NCBI GenBank assembly: GCA_947311815.1
Contig: CAMZMA010000136.1
Span: 1-35,676, forward strand
Length of the DNA: 35,676 bases
Direction: 5' to 3'
Source: an uncultured Flavobacteriaceae bacterium
GTDB taxonomy: Bacteria > Bacteroidota > Bacteroidia > Flavobacteriales > Flavobacteriaceae
The position numbers and the translations under genes were made by a program. Positions 1-10,018 of the stretch are shown here, piece after piece. How positions within the stretch are numbered: the stretch's first letter is position 1; the number at the start of each line of letters is the position of its first letter. The notes under the pieces were generated by a model. The model was not told where the DNA came from, did no database searches, and was given only the letters and a program-made list of their open reading frames with translations.

Positions 1-754
1 CTGTCACTAACAAATCACCTAAATAAGCCGAATTGTTAATATTCCGTTTCATTTTATGCACTTTTTTAATAAAGCGTTTCATTTCTCTAATGGCATTACT
101 TATTAAAACTGCCTGAAAATTATCGCCATACCCCAAACCGTGAGCAATTCCTGCCGCTACTGCGTAAATGTTTTTTAACATTGCCGCATATTCTGTACCA
201 ATAATATCATCAGAAATTTTTGTTTTTATGTATCTACCTGCAATATATTTACTTAAATCTTCTGCTTTATTTTTATCTTGACACGCAATTGTTAAATACG
301 AAAGACGCTCCATTGCCACTTCTTCTGCATGACAAGGTCCTGTAATTACGCCAATGTTTTGTAATGGGATTTTATAGTTTTTATGAAAATGTTCACCTAC
401 AATTAATCCTGTTTCTGGCACAATTCCTTTAATGGCCGAAAAGATAGTTTTTCCTTTTAATGAAGCGGTTAATTTGTCTAATTCTGATTTTACAAATGCA
501 GACGGAATCGCAAAAATTAACACATCGTATTTTGAAACGGTGGTGTTTATATCATCCGATAAATCTAATTGCTTTGGATTTAAATCGGCTGCTCGTAAAT
601 AAGTAGGATTGTGATTATTGCGTTTTATGTATTCAATCGCATAGGTACTTCTCATATACCATCCAATATTCTCTAGGTTTTCTGACAACATTTTTACGAT
701 GGCAGTTGCCCAACTTCCGCCGCCTAAAACGGCTATTTTTGGTTGTTTATTCAT
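1..754 (-). CDS. gpsA: NAD(P)H-dependent glycerol-3-phosphate dehydrogenase, 5' part (runs off left edge; absent from ORF track)
   Basis: Manual translation from ATG at 754: MNKQPKIAVLGGGSWATAIVKML (Rossmann GxGxW), later SAIKGIVP, GPCHAEEV and LKNIYAVAAG, all GpsA motifs. Confidence 0.93.
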   Translation of the reverse strand, partial: MNKQPKIAVLGGGSWATAIVKMLSENLENIGWYMRSTYAIEYIKRNNHNPTYLRAADLNPKQLDLSDDINTTVSKYDVLIFAIPSAFVKSELDKLTASLKGKTIFSAIKGIVPETGLIVGEHFHKNYKIPLQNIGVITGPCHAEEVAMERLSYLTIACQDKNKAEDLSKYIAGRYIKTKISDDIIGTEYAAMLKNIYAVAAGIAHGLGYGDNFQAVLISNAIREMKRFIKKVHKMKRNINNSAYLGDLLVT

Positions 755-773
755 TTTGATTTTGTTTGTGCTT

Positions 774-781
774 CAAAAATA
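774..781 (-). promoter_or_regulatory. Bacteroidota -7 promoter box (TATTTTTG) for gpsA
   Basis: Matches TAnnTTTG about 20 nt upstream of the ATG. Confidence 0.55.
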
Positions 782-812
782 GTTTTTTTAATGATATTAT
801 GCAGTTAAATCT

Positions 813-820
813 TATATTTG
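813..820 (+). promoter_or_regulatory. Bacteroidota -7 promoter box (TATATTTG)
   Basis: Exact TAnnTTTG 22 nt upstream of ATG 843. Confidence 0.6.
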
Positions 821-842
821 TATCTCTAATTTGTTTAAAATT

Positions 843-1316
843 ATGAAAAAAAATAGTTTATTGTTCGTTCTCTTGTTTATTGTTTCTGTTGTATTCTCTC
901 AACAAAAAGGAATTAAAATCACAAACATAAAAACAAATAAAGTAGTTGTTATTAAAGAGCACAAAAGAGTACGTGTTAAAACTTTTGATGGCGAAAAAAT
1001 TTCTGGAAAATTTACCATAATAAAAAAAGATGTCATTAAAATAAAAAATAAAAAAATACATTTTAAAGATATTGAAAAAATAAAAAGGAATCCGTTACTT
1101 GTTTCTATTTTTGTAAAATTTGTTTTTATTTATACTGGAGCCGTAATTCTGTTTTTTGCAAGCATATCTTATGCTTGGTCAGGTCTTAATTTTTATAATT
1201 TACTCGCAATACCTGGTGTAGCCATCATCATTTATGCATTAAAATCTCCTAATTTTTTAAAAGGATATAAAAACACTAAAGGATGGAAATATGAAATCAT
1301 TACACTCTCTGATTAA
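843..1316 (+). CDS. Hypothetical exported/membrane protein
   Basis: MKKNSLLFVLLFIVSVVFSQ signal peptide (ATG 843 preferred over TTG 831), Lys-rich middle, two hydrophobic segments near the C-terminus. Confidence 0.7.
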   Translation: MKKNSLLFVLLFIVSVVFSQQKGIKITNIKTNKVVVIKEHKRVRVKTFDGEKISGKFTIIKKDVIKIKNKKIHFKDIEKIKRNPLLVSIFVKFVFIYTGAVILFFASISYAWSGLNFYNLLAIPGVAIIIYALKSPNFLKGYKNTKGWKYEIITLSD

Positions 1317-1333
1317 TAACATTATTTACTAAT

Positions 1334-2788
1334 TTGAGCACACTAAAACGATTTTTAAAAGACACTATTATTTACGGTATTGCAGCGGTTTTACCACGTG
1401 CTATCAATATCTTTTTAGTAAAATTGCACACCTCTACTTTAGCCGCAGATAAATATGCCGTAAATACCGATTATTACGTGTATGCCGCTTATTTTAACGC
1501 ACTGTTAACTTACGGAATGGAAACCGCTTTTTTCCGCTTTTTTTCGAAAGAAAAAGACAAAGGAAAAATAGTATCTACCACTTTTATTAGCTTATTGGCA
1601 ACCACCTTTCTTTTTTTAGGGTTGATGCTGTTTTTTTCTGAAGATATTGCTTCGTTTTTCGGTTTTAAACATCCGTTGTTTTTTAAATTATTAGTTTGGA
1701 CGATTACTTTAGATACGCTTGTTGTTGTGCCCTATGCTTATTTAAGAGTAACCAACAAACCGATAAAATTCACCCTTTACAAACTTATAAATATTGGCGT
1801 TTTTGCACTCTTAAATGTCTTCTTTTTATGGTTTGTCCCTTTTGCCTTAAAAAACGATATTTCGCTACCTAATTTTATCATAAATTATTACCAAACGTAC
1901 CCTAAGGTGATGCACATTTTTGTAGCAGGAACCGTAGCAAGTGCCATAACTTTTTTATTATTGTTGCCTACGTTTTTTCAGTTTAAACTCCAATTTGACA
2001 TCCGTTTGATAAAAAAAATGTTGCGATACAGTTTGCCAATTATGGTTGGAAGTCTCGCATTTGTGACCAATGAGAATTTAGACAAACTTTTACTCGGTAA
2101 TTTATTGGGCGATTATCAAATGGGTATTTACGCTGCTTGTTATAAATTGGGCGTGTTTATGACCTTATATATTATGGCGTTTCGTTTGGGCGCAGAACCT
2201 TTTTTCTTTAATCAAGCCGATAAAAAAAATGCCAAAGAAACCTATGCAAAAATTTTAACATGGTTTACTATCTTTGGGGCATTATTTATGTTGATTGTGG
2301 TGCTTTTTATTGATTTGTTTGCTGAAATTTTATTAGGAAAACCTGAGTATTTCGAGGCTTTACAAATTGTACCTATCATCTTATTAGCTAATTTATTTTT
2401 AGGCATTTACAACAACCTTTCTATTTGGTACAAACTAACAGATAAGACTAAATTTGGAATGTATTTCTCTATTACTGGAGCTTTTATTACCATCATTTTT
2501 AATTGGATACTAATTCCTAAAATAGGTTTTATGGCTTCTGCTTGGGCAACCTTATTCACCTATGCATTTATGTTGTTTGCCTCTTATTTTGTTGGTAAAA
2601 AACACTATCCTGTTCCGTATCAACTTAAAAAAGTAGCGTTTTACGTACTATTTGCAAGTGTTTTTTCAGGGATTTCATTTGTGTATTTTAGAGAAAATTA
2701 TTGGTTTTCTGTAAGTACGCTTTTGCTTTTCTTCGGATGGATTTATTGGCAAGAAAAAGAAGGATTACAACAATTATTAAAGAAATAG
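1334..2788 (+). CDS. Oligosaccharide flippase / polysaccharide biosynthesis protein (Wzx/MOP superfamily)
   Basis: 484 aa polytopic membrane protein; KDTIIYG start, YGMETAFFRF and GIYAACYKLG motifs. Confidence 0.85.
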   Translation: MSTLKRFLKDTIIYGIAAVLPRAINIFLVKLHTSTLAADKYAVNTDYYVYAAYFNALLTYGMETAFFRFFSKEKDKGKIVSTTFISLLATTFLFLGLMLFFSEDIASFFGFKHPLFFKLLVWTITLDTLVVVPYAYLRVTNKPIKFTLYKLINIGVFALLNVFFLWFVPFALKNDISLPNFIINYYQTYPKVMHIFVAGTVASAITFLLLLPTFFQFKLQFDIRLIKKMLRYSLPIMVGSLAFVTNENLDKLLLGNLLGDYQMGIYAACYKLGVFMTLYIMAFRLGAEPFFFNQADKKNAKETYAKILTWFTIFGALFMLIVVLFIDLFAEILLGKPEYFEALQIVPIILLANLFLGIYNNLSIWYKLTDKTKFGMYFSITGAFITIIFNWILIPKIGFMASAWATLFTYAFMLFASYFVGKKHYPVPYQLKKVAFYVLFASVFSGISFVYFRENYWFSVSTLLLFFGWIYWQEKEGLQQLLKK

Positions 2789-2800
2789 TAAAAAATTAAA

Positions 2801-2845
2801 GTAACTTCGATCCTGTCTGCCGACAAGCAAGATACGCTCAGTTAC
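2801..2845. repeat. Composite palindromic repeat: GTAACTTCGA..TACGCTCAGTTAC unit carrying a 21-bp insert (2812-2832)
   Basis: Matches the 2882-2905 copy apart from one base and the insert CCTGTCTGCCGACAAGCAAGA; same composite at 20193-20233. Confidence 0.8.
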
Positions 2846-2881
2846 CAAAAAAGTTAAACAATTAAACAAAATAACAACGCT

Positions 2882-2905
2882 GTAACTTCGACTACGCTCA
2901 GTTAC
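2882..2905. repeat. REP-like palindromic unit GTAACTTCGACTACGCTCAGTTAC (uninterrupted copy)
   Basis: 6-bp GTAACT/AGTTAC stem; core CTTCGACT(A/T)CGCTCAGT recurs in polA and at 22265-22287 (reverse strand). Confidence 0.8.
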
Positions 2906-2931
2906 CAAACATATAAAAAATTACACAAAAC

Positions 2932-3363
2932 ATGAACGTACAAATCATCAACAAATCGAAACACGCAACACCTCATTACGAAACCGAAGGAGCTGCAGGA
3001 ATGGACTTACGTGCTAACATTTCTGAATCTATCACTTTAAAACCTTTAGAAAGAACCATTGTAAAAACAGGATTGTTTATTGCACTTCCTGTTGGTTTTG
3101 AAGCTCAAGTGCGCCCAAGAAGTGGTTTGGCAGCAAAAAAAGGAATTACCGTTTTAAACGCTCCTGGAACCGTAGATGCCGATTATCGTGGAGAAATTGG
3201 TGTAATTTTAGTAAACCTTTCTAACGAAAATTTTGTTATAAATGATGGCGAACGAATTGCTCAATTAATCATAGCAAAACACGAGCGTATAAATTGGCAA
3301 GAAGTAACTATTTTGACCGAAACCGAACGTGGTGCGGGTGGTTTTGGAAGCACGGGTGTTTGA
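2932..3363 (+). CDS. dut: dUTP diphosphatase
   Basis: [26 protein letters not shown] and [10 protein letters not shown] motifs. Confidence 0.98.
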   Translation: MNVQIINKSKHATPHYETEGAAGMDLRANISESITLKPLERTIVKTGLFIALPVGFEAQVRPRSGLAAKKGITVLNAPGTVDADYRGEIGVILVNLSNENFVINDGERIAQLIIAKHERINWQEVTILTETERGAGGFGSTGV

Positions 3364-3417
3364 ATGAATTAATAACCTGAGTATTCTATGCTTAAACAAA
3401 GTTCTTTTCTTGTAAAT

Positions 3418-4029
3418 TTACAGCATTTTTATCAAAGAAATAACTGCTACTAAACCTGTAATTCCGCTTAGTATATAGTTAAAATAATGAGATACTTTAG
3501 TGATGGTCGATTTTATTTTATCGGCAAATAAAATATAATGATATAAAATTACATAGGTACCCAGAAACGACCCTAATGCAAATAAAACGATGGATGATAA
3601 AGTGAAATTCATCCATTCATATTTGGTGAAAAAGAGAGAAACACCTACGTAAAACGGAATAGAAAATAAATTAATGACAGATAAAAATACCCCTGAAAAA
3701 AATTTATTTTCTGATGTTTTTTTTACCGAAATATTTGATTGTTTTTTGCGAGCTTCTTTAAAAAAATAAAAAGACAAGGCTGCAAAAATAATGGTAGCTC
3801 CTTTTTGTAAAATTGCTAAAATTACAGAATTGTTTATCAATATTTTTAAAAAATAAAGAGCGATAAAGGTTTGGAAAATAACTACAAATGAAATGCCCCA
3901 AGAAAAATAATAAGCTTCTTTTTTAGTGTTCTCTATACTAATTTTTACGGCAGATAAATTTAGCATGCTAGGGCTTATAGAACCGATATAAGAAACTAAA
4001 AAACCAAGAATAAAAGGAAGAAAAAACAT
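3418..4029 (-). CDS. LysE-family transporter
   Basis: 203 aa, about 6 TM segments, N-terminal G-S-I-S-P-S-M-L-N resembling the LysE P-G-P motif. Confidence 0.75.
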   Translation of the reverse strand: MFFLPFILGFLVSYIGSISPSMLNLSAVKISIENTKKEAYYFSWGISFVVIFQTFIALYFLKILINNSVILAILQKGATIIFAALSFYFFKEARKKQSNISVKKTSENKFFSGVFLSVINLFSIPFYVGVSLFFTKYEWMNFTLSSIVLFALGSFLGTYVILYHYILFADKIKSTITKVSHYFNYILSGITGLVAVISLIKML

Positions 4030-4134
4030 GTGTAAACTTACTGTTTTAATTGTTTAAATGTGTGTGTTTACAAATTTTTGGTAAAAATCAAGTCTTTTAT
4101 CTTTCGTCTAATCGTGAAACGGTCTTACATCTTT

Positions 4135-4818
4135 TTACAAAACACTATTGTATGTTAACTTAAATTTGATAAAAGTAATTGGTTTTCCTTTTTCTAAATA
4201 CTGTTTTTCGTAAAAAGTTTGTGTACTAGTCACTTCTTCTGGCGATGATAAATTTTTATACACATTATGGTTGGCGTGTAACACTTCGTGCCCTTCACCA
4301 TGTAACAACCCTAAAGTGTAACCGTGCATAAACTCGCTATCGGTTTTTAAGTTTACAGTGCCATTTTCTTTTAAAATACGATGGTATTTTTTTAAGAAAT
4401 CCGTATTGGTCATTCTGTGTTTGGTGCGTTTGTATTTTATTTGAGGGTCAGGAAACGTAATCCAAATTTCATCAACTTCGTTTTCGGCAAAAAGAAAATC
4501 GACCAATTCAATTTGAGTTCTTACAAAAGCAACATTGCTAAGATTTTCTTCTAAAGCAGTTTTTGCTCCTCGCCAAAAACGAGCGCCTTTAATATCAATA
4601 CCAATAAAATTTTTCTGCGGATTTTTCTGCGCCAAGGCGATGGTGTATTCTCCTTTACCACAACCTAACTCTAAAACAATAGGATGATTGTTCTTAAAAA
4701 AAGTATGCCATTTACCTTTTAAAGAAAAAGTATTTAACACCTCTTCTCTTGTAGGTTGTACCACATTAGCAAAAGTTTCATTTTCATGAAACCTTTTTAG
4801 TTTATTTTTGCTACCCAA
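4135..4818 (-). CDS. trmB: tRNA (guanine46-N7)-methyltransferase
   Basis: LELGCGKG, FPDPQ, KTD and TFYE motifs; TTG start. Confidence 0.95.
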   Translation of the reverse strand: MGSKNKLKRFHENETFANVVQPTREEVLNTFSLKGKWHTFFKNNHPIVLELGCGKGEYTIALAQKNPQKNFIGIDIKGARFWRGAKTALEENLSNVAFVRTQIELVDFLFAENEVDEIWITFPDPQIKYKRTKHRMTNTDFLKKYHRILKENGTVNLKTDSEFMHGYTLGLLHGEGHEVLHANHNVYKNLSSPEEVTSTQTFYEKQYLEKGKPITFIKFKLTYNSVL

Positions 4819-4827
4819 AGTAAAAAA

Positions 4828-5034
4828 CTAAGCGTTGTCCTCTTTACCTTCTCTTTTAAATCTAGCCGATTCTTTCATCCAATAGCCAAGAAGTAAAACT
4901 AAAATGAGTACAAAAACCCAACTTACTACGTTAGATTCCCACCAATTTAAGTCTCCTTTTCTTAATGCATCAAACGGAGCAAACGCCCATTCAAAAAAAT
5001 CGCCAATTAATCTCCAAATATTGTATGCTATCAT
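4828..5034 (-). CDS. Small membrane protein, DUF6341-like
   Basis: 68 aa, Trp-rich (FAPFDALR..WWESN..W), one TM segment; divergent from a DUF6427-like gene, as I recall for Flavobacteriaceae. Confidence 0.7.
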   Translation of the reverse strand: MIAYNIWRLIGDFFEWAFAPFDALRKGDLNWWESNVVSWVFVLILVLLLGYWMKESARFKREGKEDNA

Positions 5035-5042
5035 AACTTAAG

Positions 5043-5064
5043 TATCTTTACATCTGCAAAAATA
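5043..5064. promoter_or_regulatory. Interlocked divergent -7 boxes (TATCTTTA + at 5043-5050; TATTTTTG - at 5057-5064)
   Basis: Two TAnnTTT(G/A) matches in the 40-bp gap between divergent genes. Confidence 0.45.
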
Positions 5065-5074
5065 TAAAAAAGAA

Positions 5075-6010
5075 ATGATGTTAACCAATTTTTTTAGTAA
5101 ATCTAAGCCGATTAATTATATTCTAATTTTAGGGTTGTTTGTAAGTTATTTTTTAATTGAGGCAATTCAACAGTTTTCTAGTACCGAAAATTATGTAGAT
5201 TTTTTTCTACAATATGTAAAAATACTCGGACTGTTTTTGTTTCTTTTTTTCTTTGTAAATTTTATCATTTCAAAAAACAATGTCACTTTCGATAATTCTT
5301 ATGCATTCCTTTTTTTTGTTTTATTAATTGGGTTATTTCCTGCAACAATACGTCATTCAAAAGAAATGTATGTAACGATTTTACTTCTTTTAGCGATAAG
5401 AAAAGTGTACAGTTTTCAAAATACGAAGGCTCTTTTTCAAAAACTTTTTGATGCAGGTTTTTGGTTCGGAATCGCTTTTTTATTAGCTCCTTTTAGTGTT
5501 GTATATTTACTTGTTTTGTATGTAGCGGTGTATATTTATCAAAAAATTACCATACAAATTTTATTAATTCCTCTAATTGGCTTTTTAGTTCCTGTGTTTT
5601 TGTGTTTTACTTATTGTTTTTGGTACGATAAAATGACTGTTTTTGAAGAGCTATTTGTATGGAAACCTTCTTGTGATTTCGAAATATATGTAACAGAAAG
5701 TTATTTTTACCCTTTGCTATTTATTGGTGTGGGTGTGTTGATTTCTTTATTGATAAAAACACCGTTGGCTTTTTCAATTAGCAATACATTTAAAAAAACA
5801 TGGGCAGTACTTATAATGCATTTTTTGGTTTCAGTAGTATTTGTTTTGTTGTTAAGTGAAAGAAATGGTGCAGAAATTCTTTTTCTGTTTTTTCCTGTTG
5901 CAATTATTTTAGCAAATGGATTAGAAATTCTTAAAAAAAGATGGTTACAAGAATTTATTTTATGGCTGTTCTTCATAGGTTCTTTTATCAATGTTTTTGC
6001 GATAAATTAG
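5075..6010 (+). CDS. Polytopic membrane protein, DUF6427-like
   Basis: 311 aa with many TM segments; FFSKSKPIN start and KLFDAGFW motif. Confidence 0.7.
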   Translation: MMLTNFFSKSKPINYILILGLFVSYFLIEAIQQFSSTENYVDFFLQYVKILGLFLFLFFFVNFIISKNNVTFDNSYAFLFFVLLIGLFPATIRHSKEMYVTILLLLAIRKVYSFQNTKALFQKLFDAGFWFGIAFLLAPFSVVYLLVLYVAVYIYQKITIQILLIPLIGFLVPVFLCFTYCFWYDKMTVFEELFVWKPSCDFEIYVTESYFYPLLFIGVGVLISLLIKTPLAFSISNTFKKTWAVLIMHFLVSVVFVLLLSERNGAEILFLFFPVAIILANGLEILKKRWLQEFILWLFFIGSFINVFAIN

Positions 6011-6025
6011 TTGAGGTATAATAAT

Positions 6026-6054
6026 TTGAGTACAAAACGAAATTTTGTACTCAA
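6026..6054. terminator. Hairpin TTGAGTACAAAA-cgaaa-TTTTGTACTCAA
   Basis: Perfect 12-bp stem 15 nt after the stop codon; no clear U-tract, so it may instead be a repeat or stability hairpin. Confidence 0.5.
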
Positions 6055-6104
6055 GTAGGTATAGCAGTAGTTTAGCTCCAATAAATTCGGAGTAATTTTT
6101 TAAT

Positions 6105-6112
6105 TACTTTTG
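6105..6112 (+). promoter_or_regulatory. Bacteroidota -7 box (TACTTTTG) for the MOSC gene
   Basis: TAnnTTTG match 36 nt upstream of ATG 6149. Confidence 0.5.
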
Positions 6113-6148
6113 ATATCAATAAGATAGTCCTAATAATAATTTTTACAG

Positions 6149-6706
6149 ATGAAAATCATAGCGACCAACCTCGGCAAAAAAAGAGAAATCAATTACAAAG
6201 GAAAAGTTTTTACGACAGGAATTTATAAAACTCCTACAGATACATCTATTTTTCTTGATGTAAAAGATGTTTTGAATGATGATGTAGTTGATAGAAAACA
6301 CCACGGAGGAATACTGCAAGCCGTTTACGCATACAGTTTCAAACATTATGATTTTTGGAAAAAACAATACCCAAAATTAGAGTGGAATTACGGCATGTTT
6401 GGCGAAAACCTAACGATTGATGATTTAGAGGAAACAAAAATTCATGTTGGAGACACCTTTAAAGTAGGAGAAGTAATTTTAGAAGTTACAAAACCGCGGC
6501 AACCTTGTTATAAATTAGGTGTTAAATTTCAAGACAATCAACTAGTTAGAAAATTTTGGAATACTACCATGTGCGGTGTGTATTTTAAAGTACTTCAAAA
6601 AGGAAATGTAAAAGAAGGCGATGTTTTTAAACAACTTAAATCGCATCCAAAAAACCCTACCATTGCCGATGTTTATATCGGTAAGAGGGTTTTAAAAGGA
6701 TTTTAA
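6149..6706 (+). CDS. MOSC domain protein (YiiM-like)
   Basis: TGIYK, DRKHHGG, FGENLT and PRQPCYKL motifs. Confidence 0.9.
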   Translation: MKIIATNLGKKREINYKGKVFTTGIYKTPTDTSIFLDVKDVLNDDVVDRKHHGGILQAVYAYSFKHYDFWKKQYPKLEWNYGMFGENLTIDDLEETKIHVGDTFKVGEVILEVTKPRQPCYKLGVKFQDNQLVRKFWNTTMCGVYFKVLQKGNVKEGDVFKQLKSHPKNPTIADVYIGKRVLKGF

Positions 6707-6839
6707 ACCTTTGTATTTTGCAATCTTTTACAGAAAAATTAATTTTTTTGCAATAAAAATGTTTATTTTTAAACAAAAAAGACGATTTATGTTTAAAAAT
6801 GAGTATATTTATCCGCAATTAATTCAAATTTAATATTTT

Positions 6840-9800
6840 ATGAAACAAAAATTAACATTCCTATTTGTAAGTTGTTTGTTTTTTGTTAGTTTTTCATTTG
6901 CTCAAGAGATTACGGTACAGGGTACTGTTTCTGATGCTAGCACAGGAGAACTACCAGGAGTAAACATACAAGTAAAAGGAACAAAAAAAGGAACAACCAC
7001 TGGATTTGATGGAAAGTATTCTATCAAAACAAGTAAAGGTAGTGTTTTAGTCTTTTCTTATATAGGCTATAAGACAAAAGAAGTAACTGTAACGTCTAAC
7101 ACTATAAATGTAACAATGGTAGAAGATGCAGATCTTCTAGATGAAATTGTGGTAACGTCATTCGGTATTAAAAAGAAAGAGAAATCTTTAGGGTATGCTG
7201 TACAAAAAGTAAAAGCGGCTGATTTAAATTTAGCAGGAAATACAAATGCCTTAGAGGCATTGCAAGGTCAGGTAGCGGGTGTTCAGATTACAAGAACATC
7301 TGGTTCTGCAGGAGGAGGGGTTGATATTTTAATTAGAGGGATATCTTCGGTAAACCCTGGGAGAAGTAATCAGCCTTTAATTGTTGTTGATGGTATCGCA
7401 TTAAATAATGATACTTTTGCTGGTAACACTCAACCAAGTGCAGGGTCTAATGCTTCTGGAAGCTCTGAACAATTTGGGTTTTCAAACAGAGCAGGAGATA
7501 TTAATCCAGATGATATTGAAAGTTACTCTGTGTTAAAAGGAGCTGCAGCGACAGCTTTATATGGTATTAGAGCATCTAACGGGGCAATTATTATAACTAC
7601 TAAAAAAGGAAAGTTAGGAAAAGCTAAAATATCTATAGGAGCTTCTACAACTTTAAGGCAAGTGACTAAAACACCAGCGTTACAAACTACTTTTAGAGAA
7701 GGGCATAGAACAACACGCAGACCAGGTGTAACAATTGATCCAACAAACACCTTTGATGGTTATAATCGTTTTAGTTGGGCGTTCTATTCTTGGGGTGTAC
7801 CGTTTACAGATGATGAGTTTGTGCAATTTGACGGAACAATAACAGATTTAAGAAATGATGCTTTTCATAGCCCGTATGAATTGTTTAAAACAGGTGTTAA
7901 TACTCAATTTAATTTTAATATAAGTGGAGCGTCAGACAAGTTAAATTATTATTTTTCAGCGGGTAAAAGTTCTGATGAAGGAATTTTACCTAATACTTAT
8001 TACGATAAGATTAATTTAAAGTTTAGAGGAGGATTGCAAATATCGGATAAATTTAATGTAAATACATCTATTATCTACACTAAATCTGGTGGAGCTAGAG
8101 GAAATGGAGGGGATAAATCTATTTTTAGTTCAATGTCTTACTGGTCTGCAACATTTCCTATCAATGACTATTTAAATTCAGATGGGACTCAAAAAAATTA
8201 TACACCAGGATGGATAGACAATCCACGTTATTTTGCAGAAACCAGCAATTTAAAAGATAATGTAAATCGTTGGGTAGCCAATGCAACACTAAATTGGTCA
8301 CCTAAAGAATGGTTAAATATTTCGTATTCTGCTCAAATAGATAATTATTCTGATATTAGAAATCGTTTTGTGCCAGCAGATTTAGATGTGGGAACACAAG
8401 TAGGAGGTTTTATTATTAATGAAAATATTAATTTTACAGGATTAGAATCTAATTTGTTAGCAACAATAACCAAAGATTTTTCTGAAGATTTTAAAGCAAC
8501 TGTTTTAATAGGTAATCAAATTTCTGATATTAGTACAAATTATTCAAATATCAGAGGAGAAGGGTTAAATATACCAGGGTTGAATGATTTATCTAATATT
8601 ACTAATATTTTTGCAGGATTAAGTAAAAGTCATTCTAGGTCGATGGGGATTTTTAGTGAGGTACGTTTAGCTTATCAAGATAAATTGTTTTTATCTGTAA
8701 CGGGAAGAAATGACTGGTTATCTGTATTGCCAGCTAAAAATAGATCTTTCTTTTATCCATCGGTAAGTATGTCTTATTTATTTCATGAGCTGATAGACCA
8801 AGATGCTAACATTTTGTCTTTTGGTAAATTTAGAACCTCATGGGCGCAAGTAGGTAAAGGTCCAAACTTTGGACAAATAGGACAATTTTTTATTAATGAT
8901 GGTGTTTTTCCGTTTGATGGTACTGGAGGGTACAGAGCGAGTACAAGAGCAGGAGACCCTGATTTAATCCCAGAAAGAAGCAGCTCATATGAGATAGGAA
9001 CAGATTTACGTTTTTTAAACAATAGGTTTCGTTTAGATTATTCATACTACAAAACTAAAAACACTGATCAAATTTTCCCAGTATCAACCGCTCAATCATC
9101 GGGTATTTCTAGTTATATAAGAAATGCAGGAGACTATGAAACCTGGGGGCATGAACTATTGTTAAGTGCAGATATCATTAAAAAAGAAAATTTTAAATGG
9201 ACAGCTATTATTAACTGGTCAACAAACGGAGGTAAAGTAACCGCTATACCAGAAGACTTAGATGAAATAATTTTCTTTGAAGATAGAATTACTGCAAAAG
9301 CAAAAGTAGGTGATGCTTTAGGTACCTTATATGGCTGGGTGTTTCAAACAACACCAGATGGTCAACGTTATGTGGGTGCAGACGGAAAATGGATAGTTAC
9401 AGGGTCTGATAATAGTGGTTTTTATTATACAGGAACCAATGAAATGGTAAAAGTTGGAAATGCTTTTCCAGATTATATTGCCACTATTAACAATAATTTC
9501 TCTTGGAAAAATTTTGATTTTAACTTTATGATTGAATACAAAAAAGGAGGAGATTTATATGATAGAGGTTTTAGAAACGCCTTAAGAAACGGTAATTTAA
9601 AAGAAACAGAATTTAGAGACCAAGAAAGAGTATTGCAAGGTGTTATGGATGATGGGAATGGTGGCTTTACGGCTAACACAACCTCATTATTAATTACAGC
9701 AGACAGTTATTATAGAGATTTTGACAACTATAATACAGCTTCAGAAGTTTTGCTACAAGATGGCTCTTGGCTCAAGCTTAGAACAATAGGACTAACGTAT

Positions 9801-10007
9801 AAATTTAATAGCGGATTAATAAATAAGTTAGGTATTTCTAGAGCTTCTTTAAATGCCAGTGCACATAATATTCTTTTGTGGACGCCTTTTAAAGGGTTTG
9901 ACCCAGAAGGAAATCAATTTAGCGCGGGTAGTAATATTTATGGATTTACAGGTCTAACTGTTCCTTTGTCAGAAAGTTATTCATTTGGTCTTAAATTAGA
10001 CTTTTAA
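6840..10007 (+). CDS. SusC/RagA TonB-dependent outer membrane transporter
   Basis: Signal peptide, N-terminal extension, LDEIVVT TonB box, DINPDDIESYSVLKGAAATALYG signature, C-terminal F. Confidence 0.96.
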   Translation: MKQKLTFLFVSCLFFVSFSFAQEITVQGTVSDASTGELPGVNIQVKGTKKGTTTGFDGKYSIKTSKGSVLVFSYIGYKTKEVTVTSNTINVTMVEDADLLDEIVVTSFGIKKKEKSLGYAVQKVKAADLNLAGNTNALEALQGQVAGVQITRTSGSAGGGVDILIRGISSVNPGRSNQPLIVVDGIALNNDTFAGNTQPSAGSNASGSSEQFGFSNRAGDINPDDIESYSVLKGAAATALYGIRASNGAIIITTKKGKLGKAKISIGASTTLRQVTKTPALQTTFREGHRTTRRPGVTIDPTNTFDGYNRFSWAFYSWGVPFTDDEFVQFDGTITDLRNDAFHSPYELFKTGVNTQFNFNISGASDKLNYYFSAGKSSDEGILPNTYYDKINLKFRGGLQISDKFNVNTSIIYTKSGGARGNGGDKSIFSSMSYWSATFPINDYLNSDGTQKNYTPGWIDNPRYFAETSNLKDNVNRWVANATLNWSPKEWLNISYSAQIDNYSDIRNRFVPADLDVGTQVGGFIINENINFTGLESNLLATITKDFSEDFKATVLIGNQISDISTNYSNIRGEGLNIPGLNDLSNITNIFAGLSKSHSRSMGIFSEVRLAYQDKLFLSVTGRNDWLSVLPAKNRSFFYPSVSMSYLFHELIDQDANILSFGKFRTSWAQVGKGPNFGQIGQFFINDGVFPFDGTGGYRASTRAGDPDLIPERSSSYEIGTDLRFLNNRFRLDYSYYKTKNTDQIFPVSTAQSSGISSYIRNAGDYETWGHELLLSADIIKKENFKWTAIINWSTNGGKVTAIPEDLDEIIFFEDRITAKAKVGDALGTLYGWVFQTTPDGQRYVGADGKWIVTGSDNSGFYYTGTNEMVKVGNAFPDYIATINNNFSWKNFDFNFMIEYKKGGDLYDRGFRNALRNGNLKETEFRDQERVLQGVMDDGNGGFTANTTSLLITADSYYRDFDNYNTASEVLLQDGSWLKLRTIGLTYKFNSGLINKLGISRASLNASAHNILLWTPFKGFDPEGNQFSAGSNIYGFTGLTVPLSESYSFGLKLDF

Positions 10008-10018
10008 AAGATAGAAAT

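Noticed and set aside
2801-2905. CRISPR array (two similar units 36 bp apart)
   Set aside because: Only two units, one interrupted; no cas genes; the same motif is dispersed elsewhere in the window.
6074-6093. Weak hairpin GCTCCAATAAATTCGGAGT as another REP family
   Set aside because: Short, imperfect and single-copy in the window.
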